Source: Octopus vulgaris
Taxonomy: Eukaryota
Reading direction: 5' to 3'
Length of the DNA: 64,000 nt
NCBI GenBank assembly: GCA_951406725.2
Contig: OX597831.1
Span: 23,002,001-23,066,000 of the forward strand
Shown here: piece after piece, positions 36,541 to 49,991 of the stretch
Numbering within the stretch: the stretch's first letter is position 1
How the letters are laid out: every line of letters begins with the position of its first letter
Position numbers and translations under genes: made by a program
The notes under the pieces: generated by a model
What the model was told of the DNA's origin: nothing
Seen by the model: the letters and a program-made list of their open reading frames with translations, nothing else
The model's database searches: none

Positions 36541-36867
36541 AGCTATCCCATACACATGCACACACACAATGGCACAATTTCTGAGTGTGATTACCATTAT
36601 GAACATAACACACACACAATAACATTCTATGTGCAAAAAAAAAGGTGAAGAACTTTACGTCTCAGATTAGATGGTTGAATTTATGACGGAAGCTGTTTCA
36701 TTTTAGAGACACCATCTTATTGAAATATGTCATAACAGAGTGCAATTTCTTAAAAGGAAAAAAAAAAACGGAAGAAAGAAAAAGACTGAAATATAGAAGC
36801 AAAAACAAAAATAGTGAGAGATTGTGGGTGTAATCACATGACTTTTCTAATGTTCTCACTCAAAAGT

Positions 36868-37306
36868 AATAATAATAATAATGATAATGATAATAATGAT
36901 TTTGATAATAATGATAATAATAATAATGATAATAATGATAATAATAATGATAATAATAATAATGATAATAATGATAATAATGATAATAATATTGATAATA
37001 ATAATAATAATGATGATAATAATGATAATAATGATAATAATAATGATGATGATGATGATGATGATGATAATAATGATAATAATAATAACAATAATGATAA
37101 TAATAATAACAACAATAAGGATGATGATGATAATAATGATAATAATGATAATAATGATAATAATAATAATAATAATGATAATAATAATAATAATAATAAT
37201 AATGATAATAACAGTGATGATGACAATGATAATAATGATAATAATAATAATAATAATGATAATAATGATAATAATAATGATAATAATAATAATATTGATA
37301 ATAATG

Positions 37307-37349
<43 letters not shown>

Positions 37350-37540
37350 TAATAATAACAATAAGGATGATGATGATGATGATAATAATAGTGATGATAG
37401 TAATAATAATAATGACAATGGTAATGATGATGATGGGAATGATGATGAAGATGATGATGATGAGGAGGAGGAGGATAACATCAACAATAATAAAACAATA
37501 CAACAACATTGATAAAACAACAACAATAACAACAACAACA
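36868..37540. repeat. (AAT/GAT/AAC)n compound trinucleotide repeat
   Basis: Direct observation. Confidence 0.95.
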
Positions 37541-38144
37541 GTAAAATCATATCAAATGCATATCAAAAACAATGAAAAAAAAAATAAACAAAATCAAAAA
37601 CCAGTCCATTTTTACCATTTTCTCTGTTCACGTTTCATCCGTTGGAAATGGTGGAATTGAGAATTAGAGGGCGTTGAGCTCTCTTCAATTGTAGAAATCA
37701 ATATATATCAAATAATTACAGAAGAATCACTTCCAGGATGTTAGAAATATAAGTAGATTGAAATTGTAAAGAATGTAAACCAAAAAGTGCGGGTGAGTGG
37801 GTGGGCGGGTGGGTAGGATGGAATGAATAAAAGACATTACAAGTATCTCTGTTCTTCGTTTCATCAAAACTTCATCTTATCGATCGGTTTCTTGTGGTGG
37901 TGGAATTAGCTTTGCACTCAACCTTCATCAAAGTGTTTTTGTTTTTGTTTTTTTTTAATTTTTTTTTTTGTTTTGCTTTATCCCCTTTGACTGTTGTTGT
38001 GGTTATTTTAGTTGCTGCTGCTGTTGTTGTTGTTGTTGTTGTTGTCAGCTAGGGTGTAGGAAGAGGAAAATATTGTGTCGGGGAACAAGAAAGACTGTGG
38101 CGAAAATTTATCTCTATATATTCACGTAGAATAGTGTATACCAT

Positions 38145-38460
38145 GTGTCTTCTACTATAGCCTCGGGCCAACCAAAGCCTTGTGAGTGGATTTGGTAGAC
38201 AGAAACTGAAAGAAGCCCGTCGTATATATGTATATATGTATGTGTGTATGTTTGTCTGTCTGTGTTTGTCCCCACAACATCGCTTGACATCTGATGCTGG
38301 TGTGTTTACATCACCGTAACTTAGCGGTTCGGCAAAAGAGAACAATAGAATAAGTACTAGGCTTACAAAGAATAAGTCCTGGGGTTAATTTGCTCGACTA
38401 AAGGCGGTGCTCCAGCATGGCCACAGTGAAATGTCTGAAACAAGTAAAAGAGTAAAAGAG
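38145..38460 (+). mobile_element. SINE family A, 5'-truncated
   Basis: Starts at GTGTCTTCTACTATAGCC. Confidence 0.85.
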
Positions 38461-38539
38461 ACCATATACATATATACATCTCTCCTATATATATTTATAT
38501 AGATAGATAGCTAGATATATATGCATATATACACATATT

Positions 38540-38958
38540 CTTTTCTACTCTATGTACAAGGCCCAAAATTTTTGAGGAGCTTGGGGGCCCAGTCAATTAG
38601 ATCGACCCCCAGTATGCAACTGGTTCTTAATTTATCAACCCTGAAAGGATGAAAGGCAAAGTCGACCTCAGCAGAATTTGAACTCAGAATGTAAAGACAG
38701 ACAAAATATTGCCAAGCATTTCACCCAGCATGCTAACATTTCTTTTCTACTCTAGGCATAAAGCCCGAAATTTTTGGGGAGGATGGGGGCCAATCGATTA
38801 AATAAACCCCAGTATGCAACTGGTACTTAATTTATCAACCCTGAAAGGAGGAAAGGCAAAGTCAACCTCAGCAGAATTTGAACTCAAAACCTGAAGACAG
38901 ACAAAATACTGCTAAGCATTCCACCCAGTGTGCTAACGTTTCTGCCAGTTCACTGCCT
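38540..38958 (-). mobile_element. two tandem SINE family B copies
   Basis: Unit TCTTTTCTACTCTA..GAAAGGCAAAGTC.ACCTCAGCAGAATTTGAACTC repeated at about 38540 and 38741. Confidence 0.85.
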
Positions 38959-39027
38959 TTAGATATACACACACATTGTTTTATATACATATATATATAT
39001 ACACTCACACACACACACAAACACACA

Positions 39028-39492
39028 CACTGGCAAAAATAAATTTAAGACCGATGATAAAAGTTCTATTTTTTACAAAATATTTTGTTACTAACACCAT
39101 ACAAATTATCTTCATTTTTTACACCTTATGCAGAATTTATTTCTCTTTCAAATTATGCTGACAATAACTATTTTTATACAACTCGAAGAATTCTAATGCT
39201 AAATCAATATAAATGTTTCAAATTTACCGGCAAAATTAGTTTAAGACCATGCAATATGTATGCAAATTTTTTTGACAAAATGGGTAGTCACACAACTAGC
39301 CTAACTGCACTGTATAGTGTTATAATTTATCATTATATTACAATTGATTAATAATGGGAAAACAACGTAGTCCAGTCATGAGAGCAAAAATCGTATTACC
39401 CCACCAGCAAAAAATTTGTATGGTGTTAGTAACAAAATATTTTGTAAGAAATAGAACTTTTATCATCGGTCTTAAATTTATTTTCGCCAGTG
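39028..39492. mobile_element. Tc1/mariner-type MITE with TIRs of about 80 bp
   Basis: CACTGGCAAAAATAAATTTAAGACCGATGATAAAAGTTC ... GAACTTTTATCATCGGTCTTAAATTTATTTTCGCCAGTG-TA. Confidence 0.85.
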
Positions 39493-39519
39493 TATATATA
39501 TATTATCAACTACATACAG

Positions 39520-40345
39520 GTGATCTCCACAAGAAAATATCTAGGCTAGTGATGTCTGGGGAAAGTGAAGGCCCATTGACATTGCTGTTGCAAGAGATTA
39601 TTCTCTCTCCAAGGCATTACTATAGCAACTGCATTGTTTCTCTTGTGGCACGAGTAGTTGCCCCATCCTGCTGGAACCATATGTGAGGTTTACTTTGAAT
39701 GGCCAGGTGCATAAAGGTCCCAGTCATGGATAACTGAAAGAGAGGGTTTACGTTAACAAACAGGAGACCCTGATGCAACTGAAAGAGAATGTCAATAGAG
39801 AAATCAATGAAATGGAGACAGAAACTTTTGAGAGTGCTATGGTGCAGGTTTTGGAAGGAGCATGGGTGTGCAAAACAGAAAATGGCTGTCATTTAAGCGA
39901 TGTCATTTTTCATTATTGATGTAGTGGTGTCACAAAATTGGACATCATCATCATCGTTTAACGTTCGCTTTCCATGCTAGCATGGGTTGGATGATTTTGA
40001 CTGAGGGCTGGTGAACCAGATGGCTGCACCAGGCTCCAATCTTTATCTGGCAGTGTTTCTACAGCTGGATGTCCTCCCTAACGCCAACCACTCCAAGAGT
40101 GTAGTGGGTGCTTTTACATGCCACCGGCACGGGGCCAGTCAGGTGGTACTGGCAACGATCTCACTCGAATCTTTTTACACATTCCACTGGCACAGGCGCC
40201 AGTAAGGCAACGCTGGTAACGATCACATGTGAATATCAATTTCCATTATGTCTTTTATATTGGATCAAAAATTTCATGCATTTATTTGTAAAGTTAAGGA
40301 AGTTATTAAAAATTGAAACTCTTCAGTGACTTTTGGGACACCTTG
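39520..40345. mobile_element. Tc1/mariner-superfamily transposase relic with internal inversion
   Basis: WFQQDGAT..SPDITSLDIFLW on minus (about 39525-39690); LKERVYVNK..ENGCHLSDVIFH on plus (about 39735-39915); TIR-like TTTTGGGACACCTTG-TA at about 40345. Confidence 0.75.
39944..40230 (-). mobile_element. family C element nested in the transposon relic
   Basis: (CAT)n plus reverse of the family C tail. Confidence 0.85.
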
Positions 40346-40736
40346 TATATTTAATGTACATTCTCTATGTATTCACCAGTAGGCTGCTATTCATGTGGTG
40401 AAGAACACCCTCTCTAGGAAACAGGTGTTAAAACACCTAAGAGTCATTGACAGGTGAGATAACACACACTCAATCTCATCTTGGTGTGATGGACATCAAT
40501 GTTTCATCAATTTTATGGCTTGTCAACATCATGTACCTGACCAGGTTCAGAGATGATTCATTTCACCAGTCTGGCAAACTATGTGCAGGCTTTACATTAC
40601 TGAATCCCTAATCTAATACATGAAACAGATGGGTTTCTATTGAGCCCTGCGAAACTTTAAGTCACATGGAACCAATTCAAACTGTTTCATATAATATACG
40701 TGTACATGTGTGCATGCATGGCCATCCATATGTGTG

Positions 40737-40839
<103 letters not shown>

Positions 40840-41784
40840 AAATACAAAATGAGACAAGAACACAAAACATTCAAATAGATGATACAAAAAACACGGACGG
40901 ATCATTCGAAGCCTCTAATCTTCAGTCAAGAACCGGATCATCCTCACCATTTCGGCTGATATATATGTGTGAGTGTGTGTGTGTACGTATATATAGGTGT
41001 GTGTTTGTGGTTGCAGATCCTTGCCTGCATATCTTGCAATGGATGTATCTAAGTATCACTGTCATACATGTGTCGTACTGCTTTATCATCTGTGAATGGG
41101 GTCCAGCTATGGGATAATATCATCTTGCCTGGAAACAGATGACGTTTGGTAACAGGAAAGGCAGCCAGCCTTGGAACCCAGCCTTGGAAAATTCTATCTG
41201 ACCCATCTATACAAGGAAAATCAAATTTTAAAATGAAGATGATTATGATGATTATGATGATGATAACAATGTTAATGAAATTTATAGTAATCATTTTTTA
41301 TTAATATGATCTGAAATTTTTATCAGCACACACTTTTTCCCTTTGCATATACATACATATATAAGTATATTCATACATACATTTATATATATATATAACA
41401 GAAATTATGTATTGTCCTTTCTCTTTTTCTCTTTCTTCTTTTAATCCTTTTACTTCTCTACGCAAAAGTGTATAACCAAGAGCGTTAGATCGCCTCTTCC
41501 ATTTATTTTCATTTCACATATATATTTTCATTGTACTCACTCTTTGATTGTTATTGATTCATAATATGTTTCTATGATTTATCCTACCACATTTTTATGC
41601 TTCTCAATATCATGTTTATGTCTTTGTCTCCTGCTTACCTCATAATGACGTTTTATAAGCATTTTTATATATACATATATACATATATATATATATATAA
41701 ATACATACACATATCTCCCCACCCTTTCGTGCTCTCTCTCTCTCTCTCTCTGTCTATATATATACATATATATATATATGTATG

Positions 41785-41827
<43 letters not shown>

Positions 41828-41982
41828 CAAAGGAATTCCAACTCTGTTTTTTATGTTTTATATATATTCTTATAATATTAATGTAGGATATAGAATATAT
41901 AGTATAAATAATATATATATAGTAAAATGAAATGAATATATATGAATAATATATATCCCCCTATACACAACCATACAAACCC

Positions 41983-42019
<37 letters not shown>

Positions 42020-42371
42020 CACTCTCACTTATACATATATTTATGTATATACTTATAAATGCATTCAATATTCACTCAGCATATGGTATGTGTAGGACAG
42101 TTATAAAGATAATGGTGATATAAACTGAAAATATCACATAGAATTTTTAGATCCATATAGCATATCTTTAGATATTGAATGGTCCCTATTAAGTGTGTTT
42201 CATTACACAAAAGTACACATATACACACGTCTACATACACATTAATCTATATATTAATACATGAAAAGAACTGAAAATCTTCTATAGAATGTATAGATCC
42301 ACACAGTCTATCTCTTGATATACAACGGTACCAATGATATCTCTTTTTATGTGGGTATGTCTGAATGTCTT

Positions 42372-42457
<86 letters not shown>

Positions 42458-42718
42458 GACATATATATATATATACACACACAGACATATATATATACAC
42501 ACACACACACACATTTCTGTTTATACATTCATAATGGACCATTTGCAATGGAGTATAGCAAAAAGAAATTCATAAAAATTCCAAATATCGTATGGAATAC
42601 TTTTGATCCATTTGATTCATGTATAGATAGAGAATGATATTAACCCAGACACACGCACACACACTATATGTACATATAAATTTCTCTCCATATATATTTG
42701 TGTATGCATGTGTATATG

Positions 42719-42769
<51 letters not shown>

Positions 42770-42982
42770 TACGTATATAAGGGTGAGAGTTAAAGTAAGA
42801 GGGAGAATGCGATAAATAGAAAGGAATGACAAAAGAAAAATTCTGCTTCATAGTAGTCCTGGAAAATATAAAAAGAACAACAACATTAAACAACTCTATG
42901 AGAATCGAGCCATCTGACCAAGTTTTGAAGAGATAATAATTTTCAAATAAACATACATATATACATATATACATATATATTT

Positions 42983-43020
<38 letters not shown>

Positions 43021-43319
43021 AAGTATATATTTAAAGGTTGAATGTGAGTTCGTCCTTTAAACTGAAGTAATTTTCAAAGTTTTCTAATGTTATTTCTTCA
43101 AATATTTTTTTTGAGTTTACTGGTGTAAATGAACGTAGATATGAAAACTTATATATAAAAATATTAAGTATATGGTTTAACTTATTATACACAGTTCAAC
43201 AAATTCGTTCATATTTATGTAAATGGGGGGAGATTAGGTGTTAAAATGGATTATAGTTTTTATTATTCCTGTTGCTGTACAATTTGTTTCCTACAGAAAG
43301 ACAGAAATATTCATATTAG

Positions 43320-43750
43320 TAAATCTGAGTCGTCAGTAATTACTCATCAGTAGCTAAGATACGAACTAAAAAGAGATTTAAGGAAGAATGTTATGATCGA
43401 GGTGAATCACAGTGACTTTTTTGTATGCACAGTTTATGACAGACCATGCATTTCTTTTGATGGGCTCAACTCTCATTTGCAAACCCATGGAAAATGAACC
43501 TCCACCAGCTATTCTGCCTATAAGTCTGTGCATATCTTTGAATGCAATGTATGCCAGAAGGTTTGCAAATCTAATGGAGGCCTCAAAAGATATTTGCAGT
43601 TCTTGGTGGTCCAAATCGGATATGCAATCTATGTGGGTGTCTTTTCAGAACATTGTCTGGTTTAAAAATCCACATCAGATGGCATGATGGCTCTAAGGTG
43701 TAGGTACAGGAGGTGATCAATCTATGCATAAGGAGTTGACAACCACCATT
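43320..43750 (+). mobile_element. LINE (probably RTE) 3' relic with three C2H2 zinc fingers
   Basis: FVCTVYDRPCISFDGLNSHLQTH, FECNVCQKVCKSNGGLKRYL, ICNLCGCLFRTLSGLKIHIRWH; stops and a frameshift. Confidence 0.65.
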
Positions 43751-43762
43751 TATATGTACATA

Positions 43763-43804
<42 letters not shown>

Positions 43805-44599
43805 TGTATATATATGTAAGTGTATATAAATGTATGTGTCTGTGTGTGTATATATATATATATGTATATTTTTTAATGCAAATAATTGAAAGAATGGAGT
43901 TGAACGACGATTTAACAAAATTCCATTATTCTCGACATATGTGATACACGATCCTTATTGATCGTTTTTTTTTTCCTCTTCCCCTTTTTTTCCCTTTTTC
44001 TTCTTTTTCCATTTCTCTTTTCTTTTGTTCCTTTTCCTTTTCTTTTTTTTCATTTTTCTTTTTTCTTTTTTATTTTATTTATTTATTTATTTTTGTTCTT
44101 TTCTTCCCTTTTACAATCCCTCTTGATCGAAAACCTACGTCACCCCTTTTTTTTTTTGTTTCTTTTGTTTTTTTCATCCCCCAAAAGAAAAGCTCTACCT
44201 TGTAACTTGTCCCATCTGTGTGCAGCCCTGTGTGGCCAATAAAGAAACTTATTTTTATATATACATATATTTATATCTGTGTGTGTGTGTATATAATATA
44301 AGTTTGGAAAATCTAGTACAAGTTCAACTGTTTCTGCTGATAGTGGTGGTGGTATTGGTGTTGATGTTCCACCTGTCATCTCCACTGTTGTTGCTGCTGC
44401 TGCTGCTGCCATTACAGATTTATTAACAGGAAATTAGGTTGTAATTATCTCAATGATGGAAATCATGTCACAACAATGCATCCTTTCACAACACTATTAA
44501 AGAGAGAGAGAAAAGTTTGTCAGCTGACTTCGGGAAATCCATAAATTCCGCTTTGTGTATGGTTACATGATAGGTACATGATGAATGCATACATTTGCA

Positions 44600-44660
<61 letters not shown>

Positions 44661-44889
44661 GTATGTATGTATAAGTACATATATGTATACAGTATGAAGA
44701 TAGGTTTATAATGCAAGTTATGTCCTCTGGAAGCATATTTGCATATTCCATTGCTCCAAAGTACATTTGTAGAGTTTATAATTCTGGAGAATTCTTATAA
44801 ATGTGAGAAATTATTTGTTGCAGAGAAACTACATTTAAAAACAGAAAACTGGACAATTTTTTTAGGTTATTTACACTATCTAACAAATA

Positions 44890-45420
44890 TTTTTCAGCCA
44901 AAGTTTGTCCCAAGTAATATTAAACTTAATAGCACCATCTGATAGAATCTGTTAAGTCATTTTTAAGACGAGTTTTGTGGTATCATGGCCCATTCAAGTA
45001 GGTGTTGTTGCTACCCGATATGTATCCAGGTATAGGTGGCTTATCTGGTATGCCTTGAAGAAATTTGTCCAGGATTTATTTGAACGTGCTGGAATCTTTG
45101 ATTTCTTTTGGGGCAATGTTAACGCTTTTGTTACGGTATTTATTTTGAGATAATCTGTGTTTCTTTCAATTACTTTAAATATAACAGAGAGTTTAGTAAA
45201 ATAACTTAGTTATCACTCAGCTAGTGTTAGGAACATAAATTGTGGCTAAAGTTTGGTGGAAGATTTTAATTCAAAACTTATGAAAACATGACATTTGTAC
45301 TACAGAGCCAGAGCCGCTTTCAGCCGGGTTAGTATCAAAAGGGTTAAATAGAAGAGAACCTGTTGAGGGGAAAAAAATTGCTCTGCAATTAACTTGTGCT
45401 GTGGGCTTGAATTTTGTAGG
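44890..45420 (-). mobile_element. CR1/L2-group LINE 3' end (paralog of 27080-27440), interrupted by a MITE
   Basis: Shared AACTTAATAGCACCA, GGTGGCTTATCTGGTA and CCTGTTGAGG blocks. Confidence 0.7.
45123..45343. mobile_element. piggyBac-type MITE
   Basis: TTAA-CGCTTTTGTTAC ... GTATCAAAAGGG-TTAA; paralog at about 27360 shows the empty single-TTAA site. Confidence 0.85.
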
Positions 45421-45440
45421 GACATATGGCACACGGCTCC

Positions 45441-45742
45441 AGCCTAGTACTTATTCTATCGGTCTCTTTTGCCAAACCACTAAGTTATGGGGACATAAAC
45501 ACACCAGCATTGGTTGTCAAGCAATGTTGGGGAGACAAACACTGACACAAACATATACACACATACATATATATATACATATATACGATGGGCTTCTTTC
45601 AGTTTCCATCTGGCAAATCCACTCACAAGACTTTGGTCAGCCTGAGGCTATACTAGAAGACACTTTGCCCATGGAGTGGGACTGAACCCGGAACCATGTG
45701 GTTCGTAAGCAAACTACTTACCACACAGCCACTCCTACGTCT
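45441..45742 (-). mobile_element. SINE family A, 3'-truncated
   Basis: Reverse-complement match. Confidence 0.85.
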
Positions 45743-45746
45743 ATTT

Positions 45747-47307
45747 CTATTTTAACACCCAGCCACCAAAAACAGAAAAAGAACAACTGTTATAGGTGTA
45801 AAAAAATGTGTATTAAACGAATATGAAAGCAAAAATTTACACGAACGAACCAGGAAGTGAGGAGAAAATTCCCTAGATTCAATTTTTTTCCTAACTTTTG
45901 GGAAAATGGATAGCTTTTAATGAAATTTTGTATAAATAACTTACAAATGGTATAGATTACGATCTTAAATAAGTTTGTGGGGAAAATCTTTTTCCAAGAG
46001 GGTGGGGAGAGGACTTTCAGTATATTTACACGATCCGATTTTTTCCCTCATAATTTTAGAAAAATGGATATCTTTTAATGAATTTTATACAAATACCTTT
46101 CAAATGGCATAGATTAAGATTATAAAGGAATTTATGGATAAAATATTTTTTTGCAAGGGAATGGTGAGTAGACTTTTGAAGAGAAAAATTCCTAAATTAT
46201 TTTTTGCTTGAGTGTAATGGGGAAAAGTTTGAAAAAATGATTTTTAGATAAATTCATTTTTCGTTTGAGTAATAGAAAAAGGTTTTAAAAAAGATCCCAT
46301 GTGTTATGGTGAGAAAAACAAATTCATAAATAGGGTGTTGAATATGGTTTCACTATGGAAAAAAGTTAAGGGTGATTTAGTTGTTGTTTTTTACACATCT
46401 CCACCGTTGGGGGTAAGAAGAGATGTATTGGATGTTTTACAGAATAAATAAATGTGCCAATGCCCTGTTAAAGAGTTATTGGTGAACGACATCAGGAACC
46501 AGTATACAGTCTTCTGTCTTATCAGGAACCTGTATACAGTCTTCTGTCTTATCAGGAACCTGTATACAATCTTGCAGCCTCTAAAAGAAACTTGTGAAGT
46601 TGCTGGGTTGGTGGTGAGGTGACCCTTATGAAAAGGAACCAAGCAACACATTGCTTCAGGTAGCCAGGCCTCATTTCAGGTCGAGTAATGCAATTCTTGA
46701 AGCTTCCCCAGAAATGTTCAATATTTTGTATGTGAATAAATGGTTAAGGAGGGGGGGGGTCAACTCAGTTTTCACTATAGTTACTCTGATAGTGCATATA
46801 GCCCAGGTTGTGCAGGTTACTGTAAGCATACCAACAAGCACTGTAGATTATTGACCCCTGCCTGATGTAGCAGGTAATGAGTGGAATGAGAGTCTCAGCA
46901 TCCCATCTATCATCCTCGTCACTTTCAGTTGACAGTGGAACCATAAATGCATTCTTGGTCAACCATTCCATTCCACCAAAAAGCCAAACTGTTTTAACAA
47001 TCCTGCCCTGTTTGTATTTCCAATGGACCAGAACCATTTTGTCAATCTCAACTTCAACCCCTCATCCTTCTATCACATTTTGGTGATTTTCTGCCCAAAA
47101 CTGGCAGACTTCCCTTTGAAAGGTATTTATATAAATTTCATTAAAAGAGAACCATTTTCCTAAAAGTTCTGAGGGAAAAATAGGATTTTGTGAAATTTTT
47201 GAAAGCCCTCTCCCTGGTACAAATTTTTTGTTTCATATTTAATACACACTTTTTTACACCTATTACAATTGTCATTTTTTTGTTTTTATGGCCAGGTGTT
47301 AAAGTAG
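45747..47307 (-). mobile_element. TIR element carrying a Merlin/ISXO2 (IS1595-like) transposase relic (about 46570-47115)
   Basis: REVC..GVEVEIDK..KYKQGR..VWLFGGME..AETLIPLI..IYSACWYAY..HIQNIE; TIRs of about 85 bp and subterminal repeats. Confidence 0.8.
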
Positions 47308-47804
47308 TAATTAACTAAATTTTTTCTACAAATAAATAGTTTATGATTTAAGATGAAAAGAAAACAAAGATAAAAATATATTTTAGTCTGTACACTATTT
47401 CGTCTCTTCCCTCTGTTTAAGTAACTTTGTAGAATATTAAATTCAGCTTAATTAACCTCTGTCTCAAGATAAACTGTGCTGAAGTTTCATAAAAGGATGA
47501 AATGGTGCTGTACATGGTTACCAGTGACTAAATACCATAAGAACTTTATTCAATGTAAGGGAAGACCAAATTAAGAATTTAAATTTTAAGTTCCATGTTA
47601 CTCAATTTAACCTAGAATGATTCTCTCTCTTTAATGGTAAATTCACCAGAAGCAAACGACAAGGGAGGAAAACTTTGAGCCAGACTAACTGGATGTTTTG
47701 TTTTACTTCTAGTGGGGAATTAGTAATTCCTTCTCAGTCCGACAAAGACAGAGCACTTGCATACTAATTCTGATTTTTCTAATTTGAAAATTTTTCTTGA
47801 CACA

Positions 47805-48136
47805 AAACTCTGCTTATGAAGACCTGTTGAGGCAAGTGAAATCAGAATCGGAATCGAAATCGCACAAACATCAATGGAAATTGTAGTTGTGATAACAGTG
47901 CCAGTGGCACATAAAAAGCACCAAACGATCGTGGTCGTTGCCAGCCTCATCTGGCATGTAAAAGGCACCCACTACACTCAAGGAGTGGTTGGCGTTAGGA
48001 AGAGCATCCAGCTGTAGAAACACTGCCAGATCAGACTGGGCCTGGTGCAGCCTCCTGGCTTCCCAGACCCCAGTCGAACCGTCCAACCCATGCTAGCATG
48101 GAAAGCGGACGTTAAAAGATGATGACGATGATGATG
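47805..48136 (+). mobile_element. family C element
   Basis: GAAGACCTGTTGAGGCAAGTGAAATC .. common tail plus (GAT)n. Confidence 0.85.
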
Positions 48137-48334
48137 AAACTAATACACGGTTCCTAATTTATTTTCTTTTGTCTATAACAGCTGTGCATGGTACTATTTC
48201 ATCCTTCTTTGGAATCTTCAGCATAGTTTAGCTTGAAACACAAATTAATTAAGCTAAACTAGTTAGAAGTTGTTATTGCTGAAATCGAGTTGAGAGATTT
48301 ATGGGGCAGGGAGAATACAGTTTACTGCTGCTTC

Positions 48335-48660
48335 CACTTCAAGCACTTTTTCTGCTGTTGCTTCTCTGCTGCATTTCAGCTGCTTCTCTGCTGCTTCTCT
48401 GCTGCTTCTCAGCTGCTTCTCCACTGCTTCTCCACTGCTTCTCAGCTGCTTCTCCACTACTTCTCAGCTGCTTCTCTACTGCTTCTCTACTGCTTCTCTT
48501 CTGCTTCTCTTCTGCTTCTCCACTGTGTCTCCACTGCTTCTCTGCTGCTTCTCTTCCACTTCTCTACTGTTTTTCTGCTGCTTCTCAGCTGTTTCTCTAT
48601 GGCTTTTACTGTTGCTACTGTGGTTTCTACTTTGCTGCTGTTTCTACTTCAACTGTTACA
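48335..48660. repeat. 11-bp minisatellite (CTGCTTCTCNR-like)
   Basis: Tandem CTGCTTCTCTG/CTGCTTCTCAG/CTGCTTCTCCA units. Confidence 0.9.
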
Positions 48661-49031
48661 GCTTCTACTGAACCAGCAGTATTAATAATTAGAAGCTGAA
48701 GAAATGAAGAAATTGAAGCAAAAAATATCTGGAGAATCCCTTTTGTAATTCATTGATTTTTATCCATATTTCTTTTGTTGAGAATTTAATCCTGACCGAT
48801 AATATGTGGCTTCAGTGATGTTGAGTGTGTTACTGTTGTGAGATTAAAGTAGTCAAGTTTGTTGTCTCACAGAACGAAATTTAATTAAAACATTTCTTCT
48901 ATATGAACCAATACCTTAACGTATTGCATCAAGTCCTTCAAAATAGCACAGAAGCTGACGGTGGCAGCAACAATGGAATCTTTTAAAATTTTCTCAGACA
49001 AAGCATCTCTGCCTCCCTACACTGACATAGG

Positions 49032-49032
<1 letters not shown>

Positions 49033-49078
<46 letters not shown>

Positions 49079-49274
49079 AACTACTACTACTACTACTACT
49101 ACTACTGCTGCTGCTGCTACTACTACTACTACTACTACTACTAATACTACTACAACTACTATTACTAAATAATAATAACAATAATGATGATAGTGACAAG
49201 AACAAGAAAAAGAAAAGGAGGAGAAAGAGAAGAGGAGGAGGAAGATAAGGAGGAGTAGGAGGAGGAGGAAGATA

Positions 49275-49305
<31 letters not shown>

Positions 49306-49360
49306 GGAGGAGGAGGAGGAGGAGGAGGAAAAGAAGAAGAAGAAGATAGTGATGATGAGG
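49033..49360. repeat. (CTA)n, (GAT)n and (GAG)n trinucleotide cluster
   Basis: Direct observation. Confidence 0.9.
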
Positions 49361-49457
49361 AGAGGAGAGGAAGCAGAAATAAAAAATAAGAGGATTATTT
49401 TTTTTTTATTTAAAAATGTTTTTAGGTTATTGTGACTGTTTGAAATCATCTCATGAA

Positions 49458-49525
<68 letters not shown>

Positions 49526-49932
49526 GTAAAACAATAAACAATACCAGTGATTGTAGGAGTACTTGCAATAATAATAAAAAAAAAAAAGGGAACTGAAAAT
49601 CATTTGAGAATGATTCCAGGTTTAAAATTGATGCCGGAAGTGCAAAAAATTGTTTTAACTGGTACAACACATGTATTGAGAAGCGCATTGTCGCAGTGAG
49701 AACAATTACAACCTATGTAAATTTTTTTCTTTTTTCCTTTCATGTATTCTCTAGTTTGTTTCATCGTTTTTTTTCTTCACATAACATTATTTTGTAAATG
49801 AACAATCTGATGTGTTTATTTTAAGGCCCGTCAATGTATACAATGGGTTTCTTTGTCCTAGGTCTCAGGAAGACACTCAGCAAAAAAGTGAAAACAAAAT
49901 TGAATGAAGGAAAACCAATAATAATAATAATG

Positions 49933-49991
<59 letters not shown>

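Noticed and set aside
35396-36542. 380-aa and 341-aa LSIY-repeat ORFs
   Set aside because: (TCTA)n lacks stops in these frames; no domain content
36814-37660. Asn/Asp-rich 232-aa ORF resembling an acidic biomineral protein
   Set aside because: Compound AAT/GAT repeat open on both strands; no signal peptide or splice support
43378-43687. Track ORFs 43378-43614 (-) and 43412-43687 (+) as genes
   Set aside because: The meaningful reading is a different, interrupted plus frame with C2H2 fingers
44300-44430. Ala/Gly-rich short ORFs on both strands
   Set aside because: Low-complexity GCT/GGT triplets without convincing splice sites or homology
46491-46570. 30-bp repeats as a CRISPR array
   Set aside because: Head-to-tail tandem without spacers, eukaryotic context, no cas genes
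48187-48226. Minus-strand CTGAAGA..GAAA hammerhead-like motif
   Set aside because: Helix II closing pair and helix III/cleavage register do not fit; may be chance
48290-48699. Leu/Cys-rich or EKQ-repeat coding region
   Set aside because: Unit is 11 bp, not a multiple of three; non-coding minisatellite
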